Counted from the whole stretch's first letter, positions 24,860 to 39,213 are shown. The stretch is DNA of 63,844 nucleotides, filler included, from Octopus bimaculoides (GCF_001194135.2; 5 parts of 5 records of this genome joined end to end with filler, not necessarily neighbours in it), one strand, 5' to 3'. Notes: generated by a model not told the origin, from the letters alone. Program-made: numbers and translations.

Positions 24860-25536
24860 GCATGCATACACATATATCACGTGATCACGTGATGGACTAA
24901 ACTATCGGAGGGGTTGTCACACATCGCTGGACACAATGCATTGTGCATGGTTTTTAGCATTTGAATGATGCCACACCGCTGGCTAGGTGAGCAGGTTCAT
25001 TTCAAATCAGTTTACATTTCATAACAGTTCATACGCAACATGTATTATTTGTTTTACTGTGATCTACACGGCATTTTTGATCATTTGAAGCAAAATATAA
25101 GGTACACCAAGATGCAAGAAACAGGCCCAATCGTTTCGGTCATAGCATCTAGACCAGATTGATCATTATTGCTTTGTGATGCATGTGAGTAAGGCTCGTT
25201 CTCATTGGCAGTTGGGTCCACGTGATTTTGTCTGTGTTTTACCCGCCACTGAGTTCTACTCAAATGTTGGGAAATTCTTGGACGAGGAACTGACGTATTC
25301 TTCTTTCCATGTGTTAATAAATTTTAGTGGAGTCTTTTTTTAATTATATTAAAATTTTAGTCGAGAAGAACACAGGACAGGCTCCCCGGCTGAATGTGTG
25401 TAAAAATATCAATATAAATACCATATGCACGCACGCGCGCGTGTACGTACGTATACACACGAACATTAAAATCGTTAGCAGATAATAAGCGGTCTTTTCT
25501 TTCGTGCGTATATTTCTCTCACTCTCCCTATATATA

Positions 25537-26150
25537 CGAGAAGGTACCCAAAAGACAATGAAATTTTGTGATATTATTTATTATTTTCTTCACTTAGATT
25601 TACATGTTTATATTTTTGCCGCCTTCAAAATATTCTCCATTTGAAGCAATGCATCGGTCCAGTGATGCCTTTCAACGCCACCGTCGTTTTTTCCTTCACA
25701 TGTTCCACATTTAAAAAACGTTTTCGTTTAAGGACTTTTCTCATTTGAGGGAACAAGAAAAATCTCGCAGGGAGCTAGATCGTGTGTATAGGGAGGGTAG
25801 GTGAGCAAGATCATGCAATTATGGTCAAAAAGTTTCTCACACTCAAGGCGGTCTGCACATCGCATTGTCATGATGAAACCAACACTCTCCACTTTGCTAC
25901 AGGTCGGGACGTTTTCGTTTCACCGCGTCTCGCAAACGCTTCAGAACTTCCAAGTAAAATTCCTGGTTAACAGTTTGACTAAGAGGAAGAAATTCTCTGT
26001 GGGCAATTCCTTTCGTATCGATTAAACAAATCAACATCATCTTGACACTGGACTTCCCTTCACGAACTTTTGGGGGTTTGGTGACACCGAATGCTTCCAT
26101 TGACTTCTGGGTCGTAGCTGTAGCATCAGCTTTCGTTACCAGTGATGACC
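25537..26150 (-). mobile_element. mariner transposon, 3' half with terminal inverted repeat
   Basis: Minus frames give YSYDPE...KMMLICLIDTKGIAHREF...VNQEFYLEVLKRLRDAVKRKRPDL...FHHDNA...YPPY; the end reads TA|cgagaaggtacccaaaa. Confidence 0.9.
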
Positions 26151-26161
26151 TTCGAAAAAAA

Positions 26162-26380
26162 TATGTTTGTGTGTTTGTGTTTGTCCCCCACCCCCAACAT
26201 CGCTTGACAACCGATGGTGGTGTGTTTACGTCCCCGTAACTAGCGGTTCGGCAAAAGAGATCGATAGAATAAGTACTAGGCTTACAAAGAATAAATCCTG
26301 GGGTCCATTCGCTCGACTAAATGCAGTGCTCCAGCATGGCCGCAGTCAAATGACTGAAACAAGTAAAAGAGTAAAAGAGA
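26162..26380 (+). mobile_element. OR-type SINE, 3' part
   Basis: Near-identical to the tails at 7250-7420 and 30200-30410. Confidence 0.9.
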
Positions 26381-26879
26381 TATACAGCCGTCTAAATATT
26401 CTATTCACAAGTAATTGGTGATTTTGAGAGCAACATTTTTTTTACACTCAGCCACTCTGCAACAACTGTATTATTTTCTTGTATATTACCTTTATATGTA
26501 GCTAAATAATGCTGTTGAAACAATATATAATACTATCTCTAGGCAGGATTGCTCTGGGTTAAATGTTCATGAGAAATGAATGTTTACATTACAACACAGG
26601 AAACATCGAAGGAATATTTTCAATTTCTGCTAGGTACAAGTAAATTGAACCTGCTATTACTTTTTAATAGTGAAAATAAAATCATAAATGTGTTGTTTGG
26701 TTGCCCAGTGGCGATTAGCATTTCATTAATGTTAGTGATAAGTAGAACTTTCAATATCAACTACTTGAAAACATAATCCATTAACCAGTAGCTAATGCTC
26801 CAGAATGGCCTAAGTCTACTGACTGATACGAGTAAAAGGGTATAAAACAAAAAAGATATATATATACACGCGCGTGCGC

Positions 26880-26923
<44 letters not shown>

Positions 26924-27048
26924 CAAATAATAAATGAGTATATGCATATATACGTACATGTATGTACATACTTACATCTACCTGTATATATAGATGCATA
27001 TCTGNNNNNNNNNNNNNNNNNNNNNNNNNNNNNNNNNNNNNNNNNNNN

Positions 27049-27060
27049 TTAATTAATTAA
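27049..27060. other. Assembly join spacer TTAATTAATTAA (44 N on each side)
   Basis: The same 12-mer sits in the middle of 100-bp N spacers at four places; it has stops in all six frames. Confidence 0.9.
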
Positions 27061-27263
27061 NNNNNNNNNNNNNNNNNNNNNNNNNNNNNNNNNNNNNNNN
27101 NNNNATTTATACAGAAACCGATAAATTCTGTAACGTCTTGCGTCTTGAAATGTCAAATCTCTCAAAGTTTATTTAAAATGACCGACAACGTATGCCCATC
27201 TGACTGCTGTCATCTCTATCGAACAACCAACTCTGTAATATAACAACTTATATAGCATGTATT

Positions 27264-27297
<34 letters not shown>

Positions 27298-28084
27298 CGT
27301 TCGTGCGTTCGTGTATGTGTGTGCGTGTGTCTGTCTGTCTGTGCGCACGCGTGCTGTTGTTGTTCTTTCTGAATTGTAATGGTGTTTTTTGAAAGCTTCA
27401 AACCATCTATGTCTGCCTAAAATGCACAGATATATACACACACGCGCAATTATAGAAACGTACACGTAAATACACATATACACACGTACACGTATAAGTA
27501 TGCACGAACGCAACTATAGGAACGTATGAAGGCACACTCAAACACGTACCTACGTATAAAGGAATATTACCTATGTATTTTTATACCTGTAAAAATATGC
27601 ATGTATGTGTGTGTGTCTGTCAGTTTGTACCTGTGTCTATGAATGAGCATGTGTACATAAGTATCTTTTATTTCCTTTTGTTAGTTTTCACCATTACTAC
27701 CACCGAAGACATACTGGAAAACCGTATTCAGAGCTGAATATCTTTATATCTACTCTGTCGTTTATGTATATGTCAAGGGATCCAATTAGGGAAACAGTTA
27801 TATAATTTCAGGTACTTAACTGCCAAACTATTGCTATACAGATTTCTGAAACGAGAATTTGTGGAAGCGAGTTTGGGAATCAGATCATTTCCCATTCCTC
27901 TTGTTCTACCGTGTATGCCAAAGTTTGAAGCAACACCTGAGAGAATCCGCTCCATCGTCGATTTGATGGAGAGAGTGAGCTAATGTGCGGTATGAACATT
28001 TGATCACTATAAACGAATTATTTGTGCAGGTAGATCGTTCAGCAAAAGCTGAACGCTCATTCATCGTCGTCGGCGGGAGAGTTC

Positions 28085-28116
<32 letters not shown>

Positions 28117-29713
28117 NNNNNNNNNNNNNNNNNNNNNNNNNNNNNNNNNNNNNNNNNNNNNNNNNNNNNNNNNNNNNNNNNNNNNNNNNNNNNNNNNNNN
28201 NNNNNNNNNNNNNNNNNNNNNNNNNNNNNNNNNNNNNNNNNNNNNNNNNNNNNNNNNNNNNNNNNNNNNNNNNNNNNNNNNNNNNNNNNNNNNNNNNNNN
28301 NNNNNNNNNNNNNNNNNNNNNNNNNNNNNNNNNNNNNNNNNNNNNNNNNNNNNNNNNNNNNNNNNNNNNNNNNNNNNNNNNNNNNNNNNNNNNNNNNNNN
28401 NNNNNNNNNNNNNNNNNNNNNNNNNNNNNNNNNNNNNNNNNNNNNNNNNNNNNNNNNNNNNNNNNNNNNNNNNNNNNNNNNNNNNNNNNNNNNNNNNNNN
28501 NNNNNNNNNNNNNNNNNNNNNNNNNNNNNNNNNNNNNNNNNNNNNNNNNNNNNNNNNNNNNNNNNNNNNNNNNNNNNNNNNNNNNNNNNNNNNNNNNNNN
28601 NNNNNNNNNNNNNNNNNNNNNNNNNNNNNNNNNNNNNNNNNNNNNNNNNNNNNNNNNNNNNNNNNNNNNNNNNAAAAATATATATAAACAATTGAAATTT
28701 ACACGAAGCAAAAGACGAAGACGGGCAAGGGAACACCAAACAGATGTATTAGTTTGACGTGAAGAACGGAAGAGTCTTTGACGTTTCAACCCTCCGTTCT
28801 TCGAAAGGAAGGGATTAGAGGGAGAAAATGGAGAGAGAAAGAAAAACGGAGGGAGAGAAAATATGTAGGGATTAAAGGATTAACATGAATATATATATAT
28901 ATATATATATATGTGGTGGTCTGTGGGTGTGTTTGTGGAGTTGTTGGTTAACTCCTCCTACATCATTTTATCAATTTTGATGAAACTTGACACGTGAGTA
29001 GAACTCATGTCTGGAAACCTCATGGCATAGTTAGATTGTTGAAGAAAAATCGATGATAGGACCCCTGAAAGGGATCCTTATGTTTATCTAATATATTTTA
29101 TTCTAAAAGCCAAGGGAAATAACCCATTCATTTTCCTAAATTATTTGGTATAAATCAGATTGAGTATGCTTATTTGTTAGTACTTGAACTGTTAGAGTTA
29201 TTTTCGCAATTTATCCAGTCTAACCCTTAAACAAGTAAGTAGTATTTTCCAAAACAATAGATCCATATATTTCGGTTAGTGACTTATTCACAAATATACC
29301 AACACTAGTGCCCCTGAGGGTAATATTCTCTGGGAACGAACAAAAGTCCTTTTCAGAGTCATTTACTTTGAATTGTTATCTCATATCTGATTAGCCTGTT
29401 ATTATGTAACATGCTTCACGATTTTAGTATACATACCTCTTTAGTATGAGGTATGCTACTTTATTTGAATTCTTATTATCGGATAACTACTGTCCTGTTA
29501 TTACATAACTGACTTCACAATTTGGGTATTCATAACTTATTGGGAATTCCCAAAAACATCTTGTGTATGACAATTAGGTATTCTCTGTAAATGCACAAAA
29601 GCCGTTTTAAGGGTTACATACTTTGTATTGTTATTGGATTAGCGAAACAATTATGAGAACAGAAGCAAAAGGTAAGCCCCGCTTTCCCGGGAATTTACCG
29701 GGTTCGTCAGCTA

Positions 29714-29767
<54 letters not shown>

Positions 29768-29770
29768 ATA

Positions 29771-29966
29771 CAGGGTGCGGCTGAAATACCTCCCACATTT
29801 TAAACTTTCACTTATTTGTTGCTAATGAACTTATACAAGCGCCAATGATGTTTTCATTTAGCTAATGAACAAAAACTGTAACCCTTTGTTTAAACAACAG
29901 TAAAATTAATTTTTCGTAAATGTTTCTTTTTTCCTTTTGTCAGCCTTTCAAATGTGCCGCACCCTG
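29771..29966. mobile_element. Tc1/mariner-type MITE in a (TA)n tract
   Basis: TA|CAGGGTGCGGC ... GCCGCACCCTG|TA: 11-bp perfect TIR, non-coding interior. Confidence 0.85.
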
Positions 29967-30065
29967 TATATTTCTATATATATTATATATATGTATATAT
30001 ATTTATGTATATATATGTATATATATATTATATATATGTACATATATGCATATATATGAATGTAT

Positions 30066-30137
<72 letters not shown>

Positions 30138-30145
<8 letters not shown>

Positions 30146-30410
30146 GTAGACGGAAACTGAAAGAAGCCCGTCATATATATGTTTATACATATTATATACA
30201 TATGTATGTGTGTTTGTGTGTCGGTGTTTGTCCTCCCACCATCGCTGGACAACCGATGCTCGTGTGTTTACGTCCCTGTAGCTTAGCGGTTCGGCAAAAG
30301 AGACCGATAGAACAAGTACTAGGCTTACAAAGAATAAGTCCTGGGGTCGATTTGCTCGACTAAAGGCGGTGCTCCAGCATGGCCGCAATCAAATGACTGA
30401 AACAAGTAAA
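30138..30410 (+). mobile_element. OR-type SINE, 5'-truncated
   Basis: ggatttggtagacggaaactgaaagaagcccg ... ccagcatggccgcaatcaaatgactgaaac. Confidence 0.9.
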
Positions 30411-30906
30411 GATATATATATGTATATATATACATATATATATATATAGTATATTAGGTAGTTAGGAGAGGTATGATAATCCAGGTATTTAGCTTGGGAA
30501 ACACTGACAAGGACAGCGGGTGTTTGAAAATTGCAAAAGGGGAATGTGGCTAGCAGAAGCTGATGTTGCGAATAAACAGAAAATGTCTAAGTTACACTTC
30601 CATTGTAGACTATAGATATTAGAAATTGAACACAGTTTCTTCGATTTTCGTTTCTTTTTTTTTTTTTACAAAACAATTCACAAAATATTTTGTGTACTAT
30701 TATTATATTTTGTAAACAGTTCCGATGAAACAATTCTGAGTTGCTAGGTAGTATGAATTACGTAGCATGCATGGCTAGATAATTGTTAGCTTAGATATAA
30801 TGTGCGAATAGCCACCATGGAGTTATTGAAACAATTGTCGACTATAAAGTAAAAGTAATAAATCCATAAACTCCAGTCTTCAATAAACACATTATATATA
30901 TATATA

Positions 30907-31140
30907 TCTTTTACTTGTTTAAGTCAGTATATTGCGGCCATACTGGGGCACTTCCATCGGCAATTTAAGTCGAACGAATCCACCCCAGTATTTATTCATT
31001 TTAAGCCTGGTATTTATTCTGTTTGTCTCTTTTGCTGAACCGCTAAGTTACGGTAACTTAAGCACACAGACGTCGGTTTTCAAGTGGTGACACAAAGACA
31101 CACACACAAGCACACATACACACACCCACAAATATATATA

Positions 31141-31186
<46 letters not shown>

Positions 31187-31320
31187 ATATATATATATGC
31201 ATACACGATGGGCTTCTTTCAATTTTCGTCAACCAAATCCACTCACAAGGCTTTGGTCGGCTCGTGGCTTGAGTAGAAGACACTTTCCCAAGGTGCCACA
31301 CAGTGGAACAGAGTTTAAAG
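30907..31320 (-). mobile_element. OR-type SINE, diverged
   Basis: Reverse complement matches the head (CORE-like gcaccttgggaaagtgtctt) and tail of the 6965 copy. Confidence 0.8.
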
Positions 31321-32939
31321 CTTTCCCCTTATCTTTCCATAACTGTCTTCGCCCGATATCCATTGATTGTCACAGCTATCCTATCTATTTTATTTCCCGG
31401 GATCTATTCGGTGAGATTCTTGTTTTAGTTTAACTATTACCATTCACCTACAGGATTTGTGTAGTTCAACTCAATTTCAACGATCCTTCGAAGTATCCAA
31501 AGAATAACGTATTTATTCATTCTGAATATATTGTAGCAGAATCGACCGCGAATATCGGTTGTTTTCCGTCATTGGAGAACATCCCACCTCTTTTAGACGA
31601 CAGGTATTCATAACACATGCGATTCACCGGTGTAAAAGGACTTTGAGACATCGACCTCATTGCGTTTCTCAGTCAGAGTTATCCCGGATCGATGAATTTG
31701 CCTAGACTACATACAGGCTCTTGTTTTCAGAAATCAATAAATCTCAAATGGACTTGTGATAGATAGATCATATCGTACCTAGAACAGTACATGCCTTTGC
31801 TGTCCTGAAATAAGAGGTAGCTCCCAAATGCCAGATCAATAAGAGAGATAAAGGTGCCTCCAAAAACCCATACCAAGACAAAATTGTCGGTTGCGACATA
31901 CTAGTGAACGATGTTACGCACATCATCATCATCTGTCCACAAACGGGGGTCGAGCGTCGCCCGGGGCATCGCCGCTCGCACGCGTTTCGGTAGCGCGTCC
32001 ACCTCCCGGTCGTTTCGGCCCGCACGGTTCCTCCGAGGGTGCTCTTCATTATAAATTGTTTTAGCATCATGCTATTTCTGCAAAAATCATTTATATTAAA
32101 TAATATTTATAGGAAGGATTGTTCTGACAGCCATACAACCAGAATGTACTTATACTTCATACTCTTCTCATGCATTGAAAAATAACGCTATTAACTGAGA
32201 CAAATAAATCTTTACAAGGAAACGTTCATATGCTGCTATTAGAGATCTCAATAATCTATCATTGGCATAGATACATTTTACAAAGAATATTGAAATAAAA
32301 ATCACTAAAGCTGCCTTGGTAGGCTCTTACGAAGAAAGAAAATGAAGACAAGAAATTTTCGGTGTTTAAGTAAATAAGCCTAAATCCAGAGGATCTCTTC
32401 ACTATGCACGTGACTCACTAGTCATAAAATGATATAAATGGTCCTATCCAGTGTCAAAGTGGCTCGAATAAGGACGGACGATCCTTCCTGGATTTGAAAT
32501 CTGCTCGAAGAGCAGTACAAAAATTATTTTTTATCGGGCAAAGAAAGAGTAAAATATTGAACATTTAAATATACTCTACTCGCAAATTACTTCGCTGATC
32601 GATTAATACATATAATCATATCAGAATAGTAGAATTGATGAACATGCTTGATGTAAATTAGGCTTCAGGACCTAACAAAAGTGTGCTTACCTAAATCGAG
32701 ATTTCTGGATGGTTTCAGATACAGACCGTTCATATCGACAAATGCATAGATGATATGGGTGCAGAGATATGGATCGATATTTTCTGGTTCGAATCGGCCG
32801 ATACCAAGCCTGTCATTGGCAGAACTGCTGTAGTAGCAGACAACTTTGCGATTACCTGCAATAAATAAACAAACAGATAAATAAATAAATCATAGTTTAT
32901 TACAAAGGGTGAAGACTTAAAATTCGTGGGTCGATGTTT

Positions 32940-34260
32940 GTTAGTCGATTAAATCTCTCCCACTACTTAACTAGAATTCATTCCGAGGGGACGAAAGACA
33001 GATTTAATTTGACGGAATTTGGAGTCAGAACGTAGAAAGCTGTAATTAAATATACCATAAAGCACTTTGTCTGAATCTTTTACGATCGTACCAATCAACT
33101 GTCCCCAAAGAAAGGTAAATAAAATGAATAAATAAATAGTAAAAACATAATTATTCACAAAACTTCAAAATGTTGCGGTCAGTTCATTATATTACTCAAC
33201 TGGTAATTATTTTATCAACCTGGGAGGTTAAAAAGGTTAAATCGTCTTCTGCCGGATTTGAACTCAAATCATAAGTATTTTCTTCGTCATTCCGCCGGTT
33301 CTACCACTTCATTAATGATTACAATAAGTGACCTAAAGCTACATAAGATTTTGGGTAAGGGAATAGTGCTCAAATTGTTAACACTCGAAATAAAGTTGAC
33401 CACGGTGAGTTTGAACTCAGAACATAAAGGGACCTAACGAAAGTGATTCTCCCCGATACTGTATTGATTCAACAACTCCCCCTCTTGTAATTACATTAAC
33501 AACAGCTAGGAGGAAATACGCCTTTTATGGACGTTTTTGTTTCTATTTCAGTGCCTAAATTTATAAATCTTCATCACTTTGTTTCATTATGTTAACGATT
33601 TTGAAGGCGACATGATGGCAGAATCATTCCAATTGCTTACGTTCTTAGTTCGAATCTTACCAAGGTCAACTTTGCCTTTCATCTTTTTGGGGATCAATAA
33701 AACAAAGGACTATTCAAGTACTTAGATCAATGGTATCGAGTCATTTCTCTTTTCAAAACTGAGGACTTTGTGCCATAATTAGAAAGCACTGTCAAAGATT
33801 TCCATTATGTCATTGATTTAGTTAAGTTTGTTTAGTGCAACACTCGAACATATGCGGTGACAAGCAGAATAATATGTATATTATGATATACCAGAATAAT
33901 CGTTTCTTACATAGGCACAAGGTCAGAAATCTGGGGAAAGAGTAACTCGATACCACTGACAACAGTACTTGACTAGTACTTTATTTCATCGACCACGAAA
34001 GAATGTAAGTCGAAATTGGCTTCGACGAAATTTGAAATTATAATGTAAAGAGTTGGAAGAAACGCTTTGACATTTCTGTCAATCGACCGCACTTGGTCAA
34101 CGACAACAACAGCAACAACGGTGATAGGGATAACAATAATAATAATAATCTTTTTTACTGTAGGCAAAAGGTCAACTTATTTTGTTAACACCAACAAAAT
34201 GATTCCGCCGAGGTTAGTCGAATAAATCGCCTCACGTACATTTCCTTTTTAAAGTTTGGT
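32940..34260. mobile_element. Cluster of about five old Meta-domain-type SINE fragments in both orientations
   Basis: Fragments match 37393-37625, e.g. caaggtcaactttgcctttcatctttttggggatcaataaa at about 33660 and ggaatttg(g/a)a(g/c)tcagaac-like heads at about 33010, 33250 and 33410. Confidence 0.65.
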
Positions 34261-35304
34261 ACTCATTCTATCGATTGTTTTTGGCGGGGACAGTAATAAC
34301 TGAGTAACAAGATATCTAATTCTTCAGTTGTCATAACATCGGCCAATAGTTGCTTGGTAATCCTGACACTCGTAACATTTCCTTCATTTTCTAGTCTTCG
34401 GACAAGACTCGAAAAAATGTTTCTTTTTCTCAATTCAAATAGGGAGTTTCTTCGCAGTCACTCGAGCTATTAGAAAGAGCAGCTAAATCACTTTTAAATC
34501 ACATCACTTCATCTTATATCGAGAAAGGCACATTTCATAATGTAGACTCTAAATATACCAAAATCACGAGATGGGCATGGCCAAAACACCTTTGATAAGT
34601 AGTGTTATCTATCAGAGCTAACATGGGTCCAAACAACAACCACAACAACAACAATTGGTATTTTTACATGATGAAATCTAACTTCATTTAAATAAAAGCT
34701 AATGGGCAGGAATTAGCGAGGACAATCACCAAAAATATCGTAGAAAGTGTATCCAAAGAACTAATCTTCAATTGGCACAAGAAGCAAAAAGTTCAAAACA
34801 AAAACCAACTACGGATTAACGAATGTTTTCTCATTAATCTAATATCAGTACATACCTTCGATGTTCTGGAATAGGAATGCCCACACCAAACACAACTGCA
34901 GACACAAGACACATATTCGAGCAGACGACATTTTCACCATCACAGCAATAACCCGAGATACAGGAGCAACGTTTCTTACCAAGTATCAGAGTATTTTTGA
35001 CTCTGATCCATACGACATCGGGTACAGATATACCCGTTCAGTTCCGGGTATTGGAGGGAGGAACAGAGGGAAGTAATGTAAATAGGGGAAATCGCATAGT
35101 TGCGTTAAATGGCCAATCAACGTGTCGTATATGGGGCAGGGTTGAGTGTATGCACGTGTACGTTTAATAGCTTGCCAATGTGCATGTGTGCGCACGCATT
35201 TACGTATGTATTTGTGTGTATATGTGTGCATGCATGCATATATATATCTACGTAGGTCTATTATGTACGTATGTATGTATCTATGTATGTGTGTATACAC
35301 ATAC

Positions 35305-35340
<36 letters not shown>

Positions 35341-35350
35341 NNNNNNNNNN

Positions 35351-35386
<36 letters not shown>

Positions 35387-35887
35387 TAATATGCATGTGT
35401 ATATACATATACATATACGTACAAACATACACACATTCACACATATATTTACATATAGCTGAATGAGTTTATGTATGTATTTCTGTATATGCATATATGT
35501 ATGAATATATGAAATTATGTGTGTGTGTGTATGTATAATTTCAGTTGTCCAATGAGAATTCCCTGTAATGTTATATATATATTTATATAATTCTGTCTTT
35601 AATTTGATTTTTTTTATACTCTTACCTCTCCCGACCAGTCGAAATCTCCAAGTCAACACCACATCACTGCCAACTCAACCACTACCACTTCCAACAACAA
35701 CACTGCTTCACTGTCACCTCGCCCATCCGTATCACTGTCACACAACCCTTCCAAAAGCAAACTATTAACAAAACAACAGTAGCAATTACAGACAAATCTT
35801 CATAAAACGATGAAGTTGGCTAAAAGGATTTTTTTTAAACGTCTATGACGAGACTGAGAATATTTTATAAAGGAAATTACGAGCTTT

Positions 35888-35930
<43 letters not shown>

Positions 35931-36574
35931 NNNNNNNNNNNNNNNNNNNNNNNNNNNNNNNNNNNNNNNNNNNNNNNNNNNNNNNNNNNNNNNNNNNNNN
36001 NNNNNNNNNNNNNNNNNNNNNNNNNNNNNNNNNNNNNNNNNNNNNNNNNNNNNNNNNNNNNNNNNNNNNNNNNNNNNNNNNNNNNNNNNNNNNNNNNNNN
36101 NNNNNNNNNNNNNNNNNNNNNNNNNATATATATATATATATATAAATGAGCATATGCATATATACGTACAGGTATGTGCATACCGACATCCACCTGTATG
36201 TATAGGTGCATATCTGGGTACAGGACATTGCAAACAAAACAGAGACGAGAAAACGCACAAGCCACATAGAGAACATTCTACTTCATCAGCTACCTCCGTT
36301 TTAACACCGGCGTTTCGTGTGTGTGTATATGTATGTATGCATGTATGTATATATATACATATTTAAAAACTTTTGAACGTTTATATTGATTTCGGTCATT
36401 CGATTTGAGGCCATGCTGCGATACTACCTTTGATAATTTCGTCAGTCATATCGACCTCAGTTTTTAATTCAGACGGGTACTAATTTTAATGATCGTCATT
36501 TACCGAATGGCTTAGAAACTTTGAGCATAAAGGAGCACACCTCCGGTTTACACACACACTCACAGGTGCGCGCG

Positions 36575-36620
<46 letters not shown>

Positions 36621-37039
36621 TAATACAAAGTGTATGGAGCAAAACTGTAGAAATACACTAAACAATTTCTTGGACTTTAGGGTTTCATATCATAATACCA
36701 TTCAACAGCGAAACAAAAGTACAACAAATAATAAATAAAATAGACTGACAATAATAAAAGTTTTGAAATTTACTGGAGCGGCGTTTTGCTTGGATCATTT
36801 CACTTAATGGATATTTTTGTCAAGTCAATTATTTTACGAAAAATCTCTAAGAATTCATAACTTTTGTTAAACCTTAGATTTTTTACGCACCGAATATGTA
36901 TATGCAACAAGGATCATGTATACGAAAAACTGATTAACTGGACATAGGAGATAGAGCTAGTATTCTTATGGAATGTTTGAATTATTTCGTAAAATAATTG
37001 AATGAGCGAAGTATTTAAATTCCAGTTATATCTTTTACC

Positions 37040-37337
37040 TTTTGCTTGTTTTAGTCATTAGACTGCGACATGCCTTAGGGCACAGCTTTGAAGAATTCTA
37101 GTTGAACGAATTGGCTCTAATACTTACTTTTTTAAAGCCCGGTACTGGTCTTTTTGCTGAGCCGCTAAATTTGTTGTCAATCGTGGTAGGGGACAATCAC
37201 AGACACAAAGACACGCACAGAGATGCAGACACACATGCACTGTAGTAGAAGACACTTGCCCAAGGTACCACGCAGTGGGACTGAAACTGGAACATTGTGG
37301 TTGAGAAGTAAACTTCATACCATACATCCGCGCCTGA
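37040..37337 (-). mobile_element. OR-type (CORE-like) SINE with internal deletions
   Basis: agtagaagacacttgcccaaggtaccacgcagtgggactgaa is the reverse complement of the head/CORE segment. Confidence 0.85.
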
Positions 37338-37392
37338 GCTAACCTGAATAAATATTAAAAACTTAATTGATAATATAAGGAAGCACCAATCC

Positions 37393-37625
37393 AGCGGCGA
37401 GCTGGCAGAAACGTTAGCACGCCGGGCGAAATGCTTAGCGGTATTTCGTCTGCCGCTACGTTCTGAGTTCAAATTCCGCCGAGGTCGACTTTGCCTTTCA
37501 TCCTTTCGGGGTCGATTAAATAAGTACCAGTTACGAACTGGGTCGATATAATCGACTTAATCCGTTTGTCTGTCCTTGTTTGTCCCCTCTGTGTGTATCC
37601 CCTTGTGAGTAGTAAAGAAATAACA
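37393..37625 (+). mobile_element. Young tRNA-derived SINE with Meta-like central domain (Octopus OR-type)
   Basis: ggcgagctggcagaaacgttagc...gagttcaaattccgccgaggtcgactttgcctttcatcctttcggggtcgattaaataagtacc; near-identical inverted copy at 51335-51565. Confidence 0.9.
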
Positions 37626-39089
37626 AATCCAGCTTATCCTTCGATTAGGAATGCTTTAACTGCATTAAAAGACAAAGACTTGAAAGACAGAATATATTAC
37701 ATACCAAATAACACTAATACTCAAAGCATAAGAATTATGCTTATAGTTTAAATATTCGTTTCATTAGAGCTAGGATTTTCTTAAACTTTATAAATAAGCA
37801 TTTCTCCGTAGACTATAGATAGCGTAATATCTTTAATGGAAATACCACTAAAGGAAATTGCTGAAATTTCGCTCCCTTCAAAGAGAAGTAAACTTTCCAG
37901 CAAGATCATGTAAAACCTTTCTCTTCTGTGTTATTGTATCTAATGTCTTATTTTCCAATCATATACGTCTCTCTAAAGCATTAGTCTACTGGGCTAAGTC
38001 CCTTTTGTAAATAGAATTTTAACAAGAGCTGTGTAGTACAAACTAAAATTCCTTTTTAAAAATTCTCAAAATATCTCTATACATTCATATCTTCAAAAAG
38101 ACCCCTAACAAGCTCACTGTCAAAACATCTTAAGTTTAAAGAATGACAATATTAACAATAATAAAATCATTTGGTCCATATAATATGTTATCCTCTAATA
38201 ATATCTCTAGAATGTGTAGTCTTTGCTTCTCGGAGAAGTATAATATCCTTTTGCAATTTTTAACAAAAAATTGGAATTGATGAATATTTGCAGTCATTTC
38301 TATCATTATTCATAGAAAGAATTTTCAATTCCCAGCTAGCTAAAATTGTCTCCTACATAATGAACTTACTGTACTTAGGGAAAAGCAGACAATTATTTAT
38401 CAACACTAAAATTCAAAAAGCAATAGCTGCTATTCTTGTTTTGTGAATTATATTTATATCATATTGAAAACATGAAAATATCGCATTGTTTTGTATGTGA
38501 ATAGATGAATACATGTTACATATTCTACTTATAATAAACAAACAAATGAAAGTAAGCCGAATTTTCTGTTTCTCAGTACAAAAATATCGACGTGTTATGA
38601 ATATTTTTAATTCTTAAATATATGTTGACTCTCTACTTTTGAATAATAACACCGTGAAAATCGGTGCTGCGATTCCAAAAAACTGCTGGTTGCGACTTCA
38701 AATGAAATATAAACCCTACATGTTATGCATTGAATACATTTTCTTCGTTTGTTAGCACAAAAATTTCTCCAATCCATATATGTGTATGTGTGTGCATCAG
38801 TATATGTGTGTGTGTATATGTGCATATGCGCGTTGCATGTATGTGCGCCACATCTCACACGTTAAAATGCAAACACATAGACCATGAAGTGACCGATATT
38901 AATCTATACCTGATATGACACGAATACATCGATTTGTATTAACCAATGACCCATGTTAAAGGTATGTTACTAACAAGAGAAGTTTATGATTATATTTATC
39001 TATTTTTCTCTGTCTCTTTCCTCCATCCCTCATGTTATATATAAATATATATATATATATAATAAAGAGACAAAAAGAGAATGAGAGGA

Positions 39090-39143
<54 letters not shown>

Positions 39144-39180
39144 GAAGAAAGAAAGACAGAAGAAAGAAAGAAAAAAATGA

Positions 39181-39211
<31 letters not shown>

Positions 39212-39213
39212 CA

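Noticed and set aside
24876-24893. Perfect 18-bp palindrome with two CACGTG E-boxes
   Set aside because: Real, but no nearby gene or context; can arise by a simple 8-bp duplication.
28776-28811. Minimal hammerhead-like motif (GAAA-CG-TC-AAAG) on the minus strand
   Set aside because: The core reads CTTTCGA (3 mismatches) and stems I and II are imperfect; possibly a fossil, but not supportable.
34861-35076. Gypsy pol fragment (FLTKYQSIFDSDPYDIG)
   Set aside because: A single short motif with no flanking support.
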